NCBI RefSeq assembly: GCF_030144855.1
Contig: NC_082731.1
Span: forward strand, 29,450,001-29,514,000
Length of the DNA stretch: 64,000 nucleotides
Reading direction: 5' to 3'
Source: Hypanus sabinus
Lineage: Eukaryota
Every line of letters starts with the position of its first letter. The stretch's first letter is position 1. Both the position numbers and the translations under genes were made by a program. The notes below the pieces were generated by a model. It saw only the letters and a list, made by a program, of their open reading frames with translations. It searched no databases and was not told the DNA's origin. Positions 11,460 through 24,972 of this stretch are shown piece by piece.

Positions 11460-12600
11460 GTGGCATTTTGAAAAGGCCTTTAACAAGATGCCACACGTGA
11501 GGTTGCTTTACTAGTTACAAGCCCGTGATATTAAAGGAAAGATACCAGCATGTATAAAGTGGCTGATTGACAGGACGCAAAGAGTAGGAAGAAAAGGAGC
11601 CTTTTCCAGTTGGTTGCCGGTGACTAGTGGTGTTCCACAGGGTTCTGTGTTGGGACTATTTCTTTGAACATGTAATGTCAATGACATGGATGATGGAATT
11701 GATGGCTTTGTTGTAAAGTTTGCAGACAATCTGAAGATAGGTGGAGGGGCAGGTAGTTTAGAGGAAGTAGAGAGGCTACAGAAGGATTTAGACAGATTAG
11801 GAGAATGGGCAATGAAGTGGCAGATGGAATAGTGTCAGGAAGGGTTTGGCCATACACTTTGGTAGATGAAATAAGAGGGTAGACTATTTTCTATATGGAG
11901 AGAAAATTCAAAAATATGAGGTGCAAAGGGTCTTGGGAGTCCTTGTGCACGATTCTCTAAAGATTAATTTGCAGGCTGAGTCAGCGGTGAGGAAGGCAAA
12001 CGCGATATCAGCATTGATTGTAAGAGGACTCAAATATTGTACGCAGCCGATCAGCAGCGTCAACACAGCTCTACGAACTAACTAAAAGTACAGAAGGTAT
12101 AAGCGGAGTGGCCATTATCGGGAGTAGGCCAGTGGCAAGAGTAGAATTGACAGGTTTTGGCTCAGAAGAGGCATCGGATCTGTGTAAAGCGTCTGTTAAG
12201 GTTTCCTTTTTATCTTTTCCCTCTCTTGCTGCTCTATTTAAATGGCTGTGGTGTGTTCTTCGTGCCGGATGTTAGATCGTGGGAGACCAGAGTCTCCTGG
12301 GGAGCTACATCTGTGTGAAGTGCATCTGGTGCAGCTCCTTGAAGACCATGTTAGGGATCTGGAGCAGCAACTGGATGACCTTCAGCTTGTATGGGAGAAT
12401 GAGGACATAATTGATCAAAGTTACAGAGAAGTAGTCACCCCGAAGTTGCAGGAGGTGAGTAGCTGGGTGACTGTCAGGAGAAATAGAAAATGGCAGTTAG
12501 AACAGAGCACCCCTGTGGCCATTCCCCTCAAATCTATCTGCTGTGGATACTTTTGTGGTGGATAACCTCCACAGAGGATACAGGAGTGAGATATGCCCAC
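11460..12600 (+). mobile_element. CR1 RT fragment followed by a CR1 5' end/ORF1 fragment
   Basis: FADNLKIGG motif at ~11720. ORF 12242-12565 MAVVCSSCRM...LEDHVRDLEQQLDDL...SYREVVTP resembles CR1 ORF1. Confidence 0.7.
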
Positions 12601-12689
12601 TAGTGGAGTGGTGCTGTAGCATCAGCCTGGCACCCGTCAGAAAGGCAAGACAGCGGCTATATTTTAAAGGAGTTTGAATAGATTAGTTA

Positions 12690-13270
12690 AGTCAACAAAT
12701 ACACTCAAAAACTTCTATAGTTGTACTGTGGAGAGTAATCTGACAGGCTGCATCACTGTCTGGTATGCAGGGGCTAGTGCACAGGACCAAAAAAGCAGCA
12801 GAAAGTTGTAAATCTAGTCAGTTCCATCTTGGGTACCAGCCTACAAAGTACTCAGGACATCTTTAGGGAGCTGTGTCTCAGAAAGGCAACGCCCATTATT
12901 GAGGACCCACAGCACCCAGGGCATGCCCTTTTCTCATTGTTACCATCAGACAGGAGGTACAGAAGTCTGAAGGCACACACTCAGCGATTCAGGAACAGCT
13001 TCTTCCCCTCTGCTGGTCGATTCCTTAGTGGACATGGAATTTTTGGACACTATATTTTAATATACAGTAATTCTGTTTTTGCACATTTTTAAAAAATCTA
13101 TTCAATATATGTAATTGATTTACTTGTTTATTTATTATTTTTATTGTAGTATTATTATTATTATTATTATTATTCCTCTGCTAGATTATGTATTGCATTG
13201 AACTGCTGCTGCTAAGTTAACATTTTTCACATCACATGCCAGTGAAAATAAACCCAATTCTGATTCTGAT
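12690..13270 (+). mobile_element. Rex1/Babar-like LINE 3' fragment with (ATT)n microsatellite at ~13150-13174
   Basis: HPGHALFSLLPSDRRYRSLKAHTQRFRNSFFP motif, with a short TCTGAT-repeat tail. Confidence 0.75.
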
Positions 13271-13409
13271 TCTGAAAAGAGAATTCAGAGAGCCAGGTAG
13301 AAAGCTGAGAAGCAGGACCTCCCGGGTAGTAATTTCTGGATTGCTGCCTGTGCCACACGTCAGTGAGGGTAGAAACAGGATGATCTGGCTGATAGATGTG
13401 TGGCTGATA

Positions 13410-14090
13410 ATTGAATTGAATTGACTTTATTTCTTATATCCTTCACAGACATGAGGAGTAAAAATCTTCATGTTACATCTCCTTCTAAATGTGAAATGTG
13501 CAATCACAGTAATTTATAATAATCTATAATAAATAGAATAGTCAATGAAACATAGAAATACACCCATATCATTGTGAGTTAATCAGTCTGATGGCCTGGT
13601 GGAGGAAGCTGTCCTGGAGCCTGTTGGTCCTGGCTTTTAATCTGCGGTACTATTCCCTGGGTGGCAGCAGCTGGAATAGATTGTGGTTGGGGTGACTCGG
13701 ATCCCAATGATCCTACGGGCCCTTTTCACACAACTGCCTTTGTAAATGTCCTGAATCATGGAAGTTCACAACTGCAGATGCACTGGGATTGCAGAGTCCT
13801 GCAATTGGGAGGTACAGTTCCCATACCAGGCAGTGATGCAGCCAGTCAGGATGCTCTCAATTCTGCCCCTGTAGAAGGTTCTGAGGATTTCAGGGCCCAT
13901 ACCAAACTTCCTCAATCGTCTGAGGTAAAAGAGGTGCTGTTGTGTCTTTTTCACCACAGAGCTGGTCTATGCAAACCATGTGAGGTCCTCGGTGATGTGG
14001 ATGCTGAGGAACAAAGTTGTTAACCCTCTCAATCCCATCCATTGATATCAATAGTGGTTACGCCGCCTCCATTCCTCCTGTAATCCTCAA
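13410..14090 (-). mobile_element. Rex1/Babar-like LINE 3' fragment
   Basis: VKKTQQHLFYLRRLRKFGMGPEILRTFYRGRIESILTGCITAWYG. Confidence 0.85.
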
Positions 14091-17000
14091 CCAGTAGGGG
14101 GCAGGGCTTCAGGCTCTTGGATCATTGGGATCTCTTCTAGGGTAAGAATAACCCGTTCAAAAGTGATGGGTGGTACCTGAGTCAGAGGGCGACCAATATT
14201 CTCACATGCAGGTTTGTTAGCGCTGTTGGGGAGGTTGGGAACCAGAGTGGAGGGACTTAGGATCAGAAAGATGGTCAAAAAGTAAAGATAGTGTGCAGTC
14301 AGACTGTCCGGAAAGGCAGGAAGTTGATGTGATGTAGTTGCACCAAACAGTCTGAGTATCAAATCGTTAGGGATGCAGAATCAGAAAGGAGAGCAAATAC
14401 GGTACTCAAGGTGTTGTATCTCAATCTGCATAGTATAAGAAATAAGGTGCATGATCTTGTTGCAATATTACAGATGGCCAGGTATGATGTGGCCATCACT
14501 GAATAGGGGCTGAAGGTTGGTTGTAGTTGGGAGTGGAATGCCCAAGGTTACATGTTATATCGGAGGGATAGGAAGGTAGGCAGAAGGAGTGGTGTCGCTC
14601 TACTGGTAAAGAATGGCATCAAATCAATGTAAAGATGTGACATAGGATCAGAATCCTTGTGGGTTGAGTTAAAAAACTGCAAGGGTAAAAGGACTTTGAT
14701 GGTAGTTTTATACAGGCCTCCCCACAGTGGCTGAGAGGTGGACCTCAGGTTACAACAGGAACTAGAAAAGGCAACGTTATGGTAGTCAGGTTGGTAATCG
14801 ATATCAAGAGAGTGAGTTTGTTGAAAGCCTAAGAGTTAGCTTGTTAGAGCAGCTGAGCCGACTAGGGGATCAGCTATACTGGATTGGGTGTTATGTAATG
14901 AACCGGAGGCAATTAGGGAGCTTAAGATAAAAGAACCCTAAGGAACCACAGATCACAATATGGTTGAGTTCAACTTGAAATTTGATAGGGATAAAGTGAA
15001 GACTGATGTAGAGGTATTTCAGTGGAGTAAAGGAAATTAAAGTGGTATGAGTGAGGAGTTGGCCAAAGTAAATTGGAGCTGCAGGCAGGGATGTCAGCAG
15101 AGTGGCAATGGCGTGCATTTCTGGGGAAAATGAGGAAGGAGCAGGACAGAGGAATTCCAAAAATGAAGAAATCATCAAATGGTACAATCATACAACCATG
15201 GCTGACAAGGGAAGTCAAAGCCATTGTGAAAGCAAAAGAAAGGGCATACAACACAGCAAACATCAGTGGGAAGATAGAGGAATGGGAAGTTTTTAAAAAC
15301 CCACAGAGAGCAACTGTAAAATCATTAGAAGGAAAAGATGAAATATGAAAGCAAGCTAGGAAATAATATCAGGAAAAAGTTTTTCAAGTATGTTAAAAAT
15401 AATAGAGAAATGAGAGTGGATTTAGGACCGTAAGAAAATGAGGCAGGTGAAATAATTATGGGGGACAAGGAGACGGCTGAATAAGTAGATACTTTGCATC
15501 AGTCTTCACTGTAGAGGACACTAGCCATATGCTTGATGTTGTAGTGTGCTAAGGAAGAGAAGTGTGTGAAGTTACAATTACAAGAGAGAAGGTGCTCAAA
15601 AAGCTGAAAGACCTAAAGGTACGTAAGTCACCCGGACCAGATGAACTGCATCCTATGGTTCTGAAAGAGGTAGTGTTAGAGATTGCGGTGGCATTAGGAA
15701 TAATCCTTCAGAAATCATTTGACTCCGGCATGGTGCCAGAGGACTGGAAAATTGCAACTGTCACTCCACTCTTTGAGAAAGGAGGAAGGCAGCAGAAAGA
15801 AAATTATGGACCTTAGTGGTTGGGAAGATGTTAGAGTCAATTGTTAAGGATGAGGTGATGGAGTACTTGGTGACACAAACAAGATAGTACAAAGTCAGCA
15901 TTGTTTCCTTCAGGGAAACTCCTGCTTGACAATCCTGTTGGAATTCTTTGAGCAGATTAGAAGTAGGATAGATAAAGGGGATGATTCAGTGAATGTTGTA
16001 TATTTGGATTTTCAGAAGGAGTTTGACAAGGTGCCACATATGAGGCTGCTTACCAAGTTAAGGATCCATGGTATTAGAGGAAAGTTACAAACATGATTAG
16101 AGCATTGGCTGATCGGTAGGATGCAGCGAGTGAGAATAAAAGGATCCTTTTCCTGATTGTGGTGTTTCACAGGGGCTGGTGTTGGGAACACTTTTTGTGC
16201 TGTATATAAATGATTTAGATGATGGAATAGATGAATTTGTTACGAGGTTTACAGATGATATGAAGATTGGTGGAGGGGCAGATAGTGTTGAGGGAACAGG
16301 TAGGATGCTGGACTTGGACAGATTAGGAGAATGGGCAAGAAAGTGGCAGAAATACAATGTTGAAAAATGCATGGTCATGCACTTTGGTAGCAGAAATAAA
16401 TGTGTGGATTATTTTCAGAATGAGGAGAAAATCCAGGAAACTAGATGCAGAAGGAACTGGGAGTCCTTGTGCAGAACACCCTGAAAGTTAACTTGCAGGT
16501 TGAGATGGTGGTGAGGAAGGCAAATGCCATGTTAGCATTCATTTCATGATGTCTAGGATACAAGAGCAGGGGTGATGCTGAGGCTTTATAAGGCACTGGT
16601 GAGACCTCACCTTTAGTATTGTGAACAGTTTTGGGCCCCTCATCTTGGAAAAGATGTGTTGGCATTGGAGAGGGTCCAGAGGAGGTTCATAAGGATGATT
16701 CCAGGAATGATAGGGTTACCATAAGAGGAACGTTTGATGGCTCTGGGTCTGTACTTGTTGGAATTCAGAAGGATGAGGGGGGATCTCATTGAAACAGGAC
16801 GATTGTTGAAAAGCCTCGATGGAGTGGATGTGGAGGGGATTTTTCCTGTGGTGGGAGAGTCTTAGAAAAGAGGGCACAGCCTCTGAATAGAGGGGTACCC
16901 TTTTAGAATGGAGATGAGGCCGAATTTCTTTCAGCAGAGAATGGTGAATCTTTGGAATTCGCTGCCACAAGTGGATGTGGAGGCCAAGCCATTAGGTGTA

Positions 17001-17170
17001 TTCAAGGCAGAGGTTGATAGATTCTTGATCAGTCAGGGCCTGAAGGGATAGGGGGAGAAGGCAGGAGATTGAGTCTGAGAGGGAAAATGGATCAACCAAG
17101 ATGAAAAGGCGAAGCAGACTCGATGGGCCAAAATGGCATAATTCTACTGCTCTTTCTTATGGTTTTAATG
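14090..17170 (+). mobile_element. Long degenerate CR1 LINE (ORF1 end, endonuclease, RT, 3' UTR)
   Basis: Successive frameshifted fragments KSPGPDELHPMVLKEV, LFVLYINDLDDG...RFTDDMKIGG, LGEWARKWQ. Confidence 0.85.
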
Positions 17171-17397
17171 GAGGAGTTCTGAGGGTTAAGAGGAATTTCA
17201 AAAAAAAGGGGTAGGTTAGGATTAGTCAGCAAGGCTGTGTGTGTGGGAGATTATGTCTCATGAATTTCCTCCATTTTGTCCCTGCTCCAGCTTCCACAGG
17301 ACCATGCGGTTTCTCTCTTTCTCTTCTCATTTGTTCTTCCTCATCTATGAGGGCATAGTAAGTATACAAACATTTGTAGTAAGAATGGCTCCAAGGG

Positions 17398-18350
17398 CAA
17401 ACACGAGGTAATCTGCAGATGCTGGAAATTCAAACAGCACACACAAAATGCTGGTGGAACACAGCAGGCCAGGCAGCATCTATAAGGAGAAGCACTGTTG
17501 ACGTTTCGGGCCGAGACCTTTTGTCAGGACTAACTGAAAGGAGAGATACTAAGAGATTTGAAAGTAGTGGGGGGAGGGGGAAATGCAAAATAATAGGAGA
17601 AGACCGGAGGGGGTGGGAATAAGCCAAGAGCTGGAAAGGTGATTGGCAAAAGTGATACAGAGCTGGAGAAGGGAAAGGATCATTGGATGGAAGCCTCAGG
17701 AGAAAGAAAGGGGGAGGGGGTAAGCACCAGAGGGAGATGGAGAACAGGCAGGGTGATGGGCAGAGAGAGAGAAAAAAAACAAACAACTAAGTATGTCAGG
17801 GATGGGGTAAGAAGGGGAGGAGGGGCATTAACAGAAGTTAGAGAAGTCAATGTTCATGCCATCAGGTTGGAGGCTACCCAGCCGGTAGATAAGGTGTTGT
17901 TCTTCCAACCTGAGTGTGGATTCATCTTTACAGTAGAGGAGGCCATGGACAGACATATCAGAATGGGAATGCGACGTGGAATTAAAATGTGAGGCCACTG
18001 GGAGATCCTGCTTTCTCTGGCGGACCAAGCGTAGGTGTTCAGCGAAACGGTCTCCCAGTCTGCGTTGGGTCTCACCAATATATAAAAGGCCACACCAGGA
18101 GCACCAGACGCAGTATACCACACCAGCCAACTCACAGGTGAAGTGTCACCTCACCTGGAAGGACTGTCTGGGGCCCTGAATGGTGGTGAGGGAGGAAGTG
18201 TAAGGGCAGGTGTAGCACTTGTTCCGCTTACAAGGATAAGTGCCAGGAGGGAGACCGGTGGGAAGGGATTGGGGGGGGGGGAATGAGTGGACAAGGGAGT
18301 CACGTAGAGCTTGGTAGTGGGATCCCATTGGAGGTGGCAGAAGTTACAGA
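17398..18350 (-). mobile_element. Penelope-like element 3' part (GIY-YIG endonuclease + pseudo-LTR with mutated hammerhead motif)
   Basis: ORF 17828-18130 reads GVVYCVWCSWCGLLYIGETQRRLGDRFAEH...EEQHLIYRLGSLQPDGMN. The minus strand near 17505-17540 reads GTC-CTGACAA-AAGGTCTCGGCCC-GAAACGTC. Confidence 0.9.
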
Positions 18351-18409
18351 GAATGATATGTTGGACCTGGAGGCTGTTGGGGTGGTAGGTGAGGGCAAGG
18401 GGAACCTTA

Positions 18410-19000
18410 ATTTGAGGTTGAGGTTAAACATTAATGTGAGGTTAGACGAAGCTGAAGCGAGGATTGTAGAGACTGAGTTAAAAGCAGAGGCTGCTTTTGT
18501 TGAGCTCAAATAGTGGCTCGCAAGAGCTTCCATCTTGGTTTCTCCTAACCTGGACTTTGCTGTCATCATGGAGATGGACGCCTCAGCTATGAGAGGGTGC
18601 CATCTTGTCTTAATGATCACCTTGGACGGTAAACTGCACCGACTGCATTCTTCTCCGGGTGGCAATCTTCAGCAGAGGGGATCTATGACAACGTGAACCA
18701 GGAGCTCCTTGCATTTAAGACAGCTTTGGAGGAATGGCATTGCTGACTCAAGGGGACCATGAACCCTTTTTATCAAGTGGACTGACCAGAAGAAGCTGGC
18801 TTATATTCAGGAGGACAAGAGGTTGAATTCGAGGCAGGATAGGTGGATTTTGTTCTTTAACCACTTTGAATTCATCCTGAACTAATGACTGGAGTCAAAG
18901 AATCAAAGCCAGATGCCCAGTCCAGTTATTTTGATGAACCGGAATGAAAGGAGCAGCCTACCACCATTTTACCATAAGCCAGGGTGGGAGAACCAATTCA
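18410..19000 (+). mobile_element. Gypsy LTR-retrotransposon RT/RNase H relic
   Basis: Frameshifted similarity to E.DAS...DGKLH...N.ELLA.K.ALEEW.H...WTD.K.LAYIQ..KRLNSRQ.RW.LFF. Confidence 0.7.
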
Positions 19001-19199
19001 TTGCAGAAATCAACACTCTTGTTCAATAGGCTAAATCATGAGGGTAGTTTGGTGCTCAATCATAACCCTACTTGTGGTATCGTCTAGCATTTGCTTTGTG
19101 CTCAAATCTAGTTTTATACCGTGTCTTTAACTTTGCTTTGCGTACTCCAGCATCTGAGTCCAAACCATCATCATCAAGGACTCCAGCCACAGCCTTGGT

Positions 19200-21220
19200 A
19201 CATATTGGCATCAATGACAAGGGTAAACAAAGTGAGAAAGTCCTGAACTGATGCGGGGGCAGGAGTTCAGATGTATGTGTCACTGGGATCTCTTCTGGTG
19301 TAGGTACGACCTCTACAAAAGGGACAGGTTACACCTGAACGGAGGAGGTCCAATATCATTGCGGGCAGGTGGGCAGTTCTCAATTGTCTGTTGTGCAATG
19401 AGCTGGAATTGATCAGAGAGCTGAAGATAAAAGAACTTTTTGGGGAAAATGATCATAATATGCTCAAATTCAACATGAAATTTGAGAAGGTATTAAAATG
19501 AGATATATCATTATTATAGTGGAGTAAAGTAAATTACAGCGGCATGACAGAGGAGTTGATTGGAAAAGAACACTGGTAGGGATGATGGCAGAGCGGCAAT
19601 GGTGGAAATTTCTGGAAGCAATTCAGAAGACACAGGATATATACACCCCAAAGAGGAAGAATTAATCTAAAGGCAAATGATGCAACGATGGCAAACAAGC
19701 AAAGTCAAAGCCAAAGAGAGGTTGTATAATTGAGCAAAAATAGGTGGAAAGTTTGAGGATTGGAAAGGTTTTACAAATCAGCAGAAGGCAACTAAAAAAA
19801 GTCAGAAAGAAGTTTAAGATGAATACAAAGATAAGCTAGCCGATAATATTGAAGAGGATATAAAAAGGTTCATCAGATACATAAAGTGTAAAAGAGAGGC
19901 AGGAGGGTGTACTGGACTACTGGGAAAAGAAGCTGGCAAGGTAGTGATGGGGTAAGGAAATGATGGATGAACTGAACAAATACTTTGCATCAGTCTTCAC
20001 TGAGGGAGACACTAGCAGTCTGGTAAAAGTTCCAGGTGTCAGGGGTCATGAAGTGTGTGCTATCATTACTAGAGAGAAGATTCTTGAGTGAAAGGTCTGA
20101 AGGTAGATAAGTCACCGGGATCAGATGGTGTACACCCCAGGGTTCAGAAAAAGGTAGCTGAAGAGATTCTGGTGGCATTAGCAATGATCTTTCAAGAATC
20201 ATGAGATTCTGGAATGGAAGACTGGAAAATTGCATATGTCACTCCATTCTTCAAGAAAGGAGAGAGGCAGAAGAATGGAAATTATAGGCCATTTGGTTTG
20301 ACCTCAGTGGTTGGGCAGATGAGCTCTCAGGGTACTTGGAGTCACATGATAAAATAGGCCATACACAGCATGGTTTCCTCAGGGGATTATCTTGCAGAAC
20401 AAATCTGCTGCAATTCTTTGAAGAAATATCAAACAGGATAGACAACAGAGAATCAGTTGATGTGTGTTCTTGGATTTTCAGAATACCACATATGACACTG
20501 CTTAAGAAGTATGAGCCATGGTATTACAGGAAAGATTTGAGCAGTAACTGATTGGCAGGAGGCAAAGAGTGAGAATAAATGGAGCCTTTTCTGGTTGGCT
20601 GCCGGAGACTCATGGTGTTCTACAGGGGTCTATCTTGAGACCAATTCCTTTGACATTATATGTCAATGACTTGGATGTAGGAATTGATGGATTGTTGCAA
20701 CTTTTGCAGATGATACAATCATAAGTTGAGGAAGTAGAGATGCTACCGAAAGACTTACACAGATTAGGAGAATGGGCAAAGAAGTGGTCATTGGAATACA
20801 ATGTTGGGAAGTGTATGATTATGCTCTTTGGTGGAAGAAATGAAGGGGTTGACTATTTTCTCAATGGAGAGAAAAGATAAAACTCTGAAGTGCAAAGGGT
20901 TTTGTGAGTCCTTATGCAAGATTCCCAAAGGTTAATCTTCAGGTTGAGTCTGTGGTGAGGAAGGCAAATGCAGTCTTAGCATTCATTTCCAAAGGATCGG
21001 AATATTAAAGCAAGGAGTTAATGCTGAGACTTTATAAAGCACTACTGAAGCCTTCCATCCTCTCCTTTAAGATTCATTATCATTTTGGCCACTCCCACCC
21101 ATCAACTACCACAGAACACACTTTTCAGGACAGAGTTGAAATATTTAATAGGAACACAAGGAACATTTTTTTCACTCAGAAGATGGTCTGCATATGGAAT
21201 CAGCTGCCGGATGAAGTGAG
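19200..21220 (+). mobile_element. Degenerate CR1 LINE fragments
   Basis: SHDKIGHTQHGFLRGLSCRTNLLQFFEE, GLKVDKSPG and LRLYKAL motifs with many stops. Confidence 0.8.
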
Positions 21221-21224
21221 TGAG

Positions 21225-22345
21225 GCAGCTGCAAGAGGCAGAGGCATATTAAAAAAAACACTTCTGCAAAATAATGAAAGAAGGAACACTGTTCAGTTTT
21301 GAAATGATTAAAGAGAAACACTTATTAGAAAAACAAGATTTTTATTGGTATTACAGATGCGACAATATGTTAATAAGACACTTAAAAATGTAACCAAGGC
21401 AAGTACATGCTTGATAGAGCTATTTAGAAAAGCATATAATTCAGATAATGGTAGTAGAATCATTTCAAGCATGTATAAGGGGCTGTCAAATCTTAAAACA
21501 CATTTGACTTCATACATTAAAACAAAATGGGAGAAGGACGGAGGGATAATTATATCTGAGGAAGAATGGACAACAATATGGAGATATCAATGGAAGTGTA
21601 CCAGTTCACAGAAATGGAGGGAGTTTGTATGGAAAAACTTGATAAGATATTTTATTACACCCTCTCAGAAATCCCATTATGATAGTAAGCTCCCTGTTTG
21701 CTGGAGAAATTGTGGAAATCAAAATGCAAATCATTATCATATTTTCTTTGGGACTGCCCTGTTATCAAAAACTATTGGAGGGGGATACACAATGCCCTAC
21801 AAGACATCTTTAAAAGTGAAATACTCTTAGAGAGTCAGACCATATATTTTGGATATATACCTCAAGAATGGTTGAAAAGAGATAAATATTTAATGAATAT
21901 ACTGTTGGTGGCTGGTAAAAAGACTCCTACTAGGAAATGGTTACTAGGAAATGGTTATCACAGGAGAGCCCAACTTTAAATATATGGATGGAAATTACAA
22001 TGGACATTTACAAAATGGAGAAGATAACAGCATCTGTTAACCAGAAGCTGGAACAATTTGATTCATACTGGGAAAAATGGTTTAACTATATAATGCCTCA
22101 TAGGCCTGATTTTATTCTCACAAATCAATGAATCTGTTGTTTAAAAAAAAATCACTCCCTACTTGTACATAGTTCTTTCCTTTTGCTTGTTTTTCTTTCC
22201 ACTCTTTTCTATAAGTGTATGCCTCAGATAAATACTTTGTGGAGATTTGTGATATATATGATTATATGATATATATGTACAATGTCTGAAATACATCTTA
22301 TGGAAATGTTTGATGATGAACTTCAATAAAAAATAAATTACAAAA
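21225..22345 (+). mobile_element. L1/Tx1-type LINE 3' fragment
   Basis: WREFVWKNLIRYFITP...CWRNCG...HIFWDCP(fs), ending in AATAAAAAATAAATTACAAAA. Confidence 0.8.
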
Positions 22346-24421
22346 GCAAATTTAAGAAAACACTTCAACAGGTATATGGATAGGAATACTTCAGAACAGG
22401 GACTCCCAACTGGGGATCCGTGGACCCTTCGCTAAATCATATCGGTCCATGGCATAAAAGGGTTAGCAATACCTGTTTTAGAGGGATGTGTGGTGTGCAC
22501 TGGCAAATGGGCAAATTTGATGTGAAACTTGGTCCAGATCAACCAGTTGGGCCAAGAGTCCTACAGCAGTGCTCTGTGACTCTGCAGGATGTGTTCCAGT
22601 TTGAGACTTCAAACCAGTCAAAGACTTTTGCAGCAAATGGTAGAGTCCTGGGCTGTTGTTATCCTCCAGGGGAGCCTACACCTCGAAGGCATTAAAACTG
22701 AATTCTTCAGCATCCAGTAACTGCCCCCTCTGTGCCTTTCCTTCCACCTCTGATCTACCTGGCCCCCAACACCATCTCTTTGTCCTCCTCCACCTCCACA
22801 CTGGAAGATCACCCAACGTTCAAAGTAAATTTATTATCAAAGTACAAACTTTGTACATAGATGTCACTATATACTACAACGAGATTCATTTTCTTGCAGG
22901 TATTCACAGTAGGTATAAAGAAACACAATAGAATCAATGAAAAACTGCACACAACAAAGATAGACAGAGAACCAATGTGCAAAGGACAAGAAAGTGTGCA
23001 AATACGAAAAAGAAATCAAAAGAATAAGAAGAAATGCATGAAAGAATAAATAGTTGTGAATCAGTTGTAGAATCCTTGACCGAGAGTCCACAGGTTGTGG
23101 AGCAGACTCGAGAGGCCAAATGCCCTAATTCTGCTCCTACATCTTAGGAATCAGTTCATTGTTGGGGTGAGTGAAGTTATCCACTCTGGTTCACGAGCTT
23201 GATGGTTGAGCGTTTATAACTGTTCCTGAACCTGGTGGTCTGGGACACAAGGATTCTGTACCTTCTTCCTGATGGCAGCAGTGAGAAGACAGCATGTCCT
23301 GGATGGTGGATGAGCTGGATGATGGATGCTGCTTTCCTGCAACAGCACTCCTTGTAGATGTGTTCAATAGTGTGGAAAGACGTTAGGGTGTATTCTGGAG
23401 TTATGATAAATAGCAAATACTAACTTCAACAGCAACCAGTCTTCATACCTAAACATGGAATGTAGATTGAGTTTAAAATGCACCCAGAACAATGGTGTTC
23501 TTGGAGCTGCAGAATGGGGTTGATTGCAAAGAAATAAACTCAAAATTCGACCTCAGATACCTGCATATGCATGAAAGTGGCCCAGAGTCAGTGGGGATTG
23601 ACATTCATTTTGTGTATCTGGAGTGTGGATGTGAAGATGGAGGAATTTCAAAATTATATGTAATTGAAAGGGAGTATTCTGGATGCATTTTAACTACAGA
23701 CTTGTCCTGCTGTTATGTTTGATCTTTAGCATATAAAAATGTCATGTAACAAAGGGTTAGGCAGGCTTCTTCTTCCATGAGTGTCTGGAGTACGATGCCT
23801 GTTGCTTGTTTTGCTGAATAAAGATTTCTGTATCCACCAGCTTCAGTGTCTCTCTGGTGAATTCGTTCAGTCACAAGGGCTTTACCTGTGATGGACTGGC
23901 CTGTATCCATGACTTTTTGTAGGCTTTTCCATTCAAAGGGTTTCCATACCAGTCCGTGATACAACCAACACGCTCCTCCCACTGGTTCCCATCCCCCACT
24001 GCACTCCTCTGCCCACCATATCTCCCTCCCATTAGTTCATTCTCCACCTTCCTCTTCCATCACATTCCATTATATTCAGCTTTTTGTCACTTCCACCCTC
24101 ACCTACAACTTTCCAGCACTGTTCCCACTATTCCATTCCCCATATGCCTGTCAACCCACTCACCTGGAGAGAGCTATCACCTGCAGGTGAGCGGGTTAAC
24201 AGGCAGATGGGGACTTGCTCCACCCCTTGCCTCACCTCTTCACAATTTTACAGCTTTGCTGATACATCCACTTTAATGGACCTTTCTGAAAAATTTTTTT
24301 GCTATTCAACCACAACTTAAAAAGAGTGACCAATGGTATGGCAAGACTGACAATGGCTCTGCGCAAACACCAATGGAGATAAAAAGGGAGGGTGTGGACA
24401 TGCAGACCTCCCACCAATAGA

Positions 24422-24460
24422 CAACACAATTTCCAGCATCTGCAGATTTCCTCATGTTTG
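24422..24460 (+). mobile_element. 39-bp insertion of the extreme Penelope pLTR terminus, with 14-bp TSD
   Basis: CTCCCACCAATAGA at 24408-24421 and 24461-24474 flanks CAACACAATTTCCAGCATCTGCAGATTTCCTCATGTTTG. Its last ~31 nt are identical to 3461-3491. Confidence 0.75.
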
Positions 24461-24972
24461 CTCCCACCAATAGAAGGTGTTCTGCATATTTCTTTGACCA
24501 GATCAGAGATGCATGGGAGGAGATCCGCCAGGCCTTTTAGCCAATGACGGCAGGATTAGAAGCAGGTAGGTGGGAGGTCTGGTTGACTTTTACTCTGGTG
24601 TTTCCTTTCACCATCTTCCTTCGGCTAACAGACTAGGTGGGAATGGCCTGTGTAGGTTTACGTCCCCACACTCGGCAAAGATCCTCTTCACATCAACTCC
24701 TTATGGGCTTTTCAATAGTCGATAGGTTTCCAAGGTTTAAGGCGCATTACCATTACCTTCTGAATTGGAGTGTGGTTCAACATATCTAGACCCACATATT
24801 TATACAGTATTTGACCCCATATTTATGTTTGTATCAAATTTTATTTAAAAAAAAGAACTGTGTTCTTAAAGAAACTACACTATATATTTAAAGCAATAGT
24901 CCTGTGACCTTTTCTGCAAAATGCTGTTAATGTTCTATTGTATTTCATTCTGTGATAAATTTAAAATCAACC

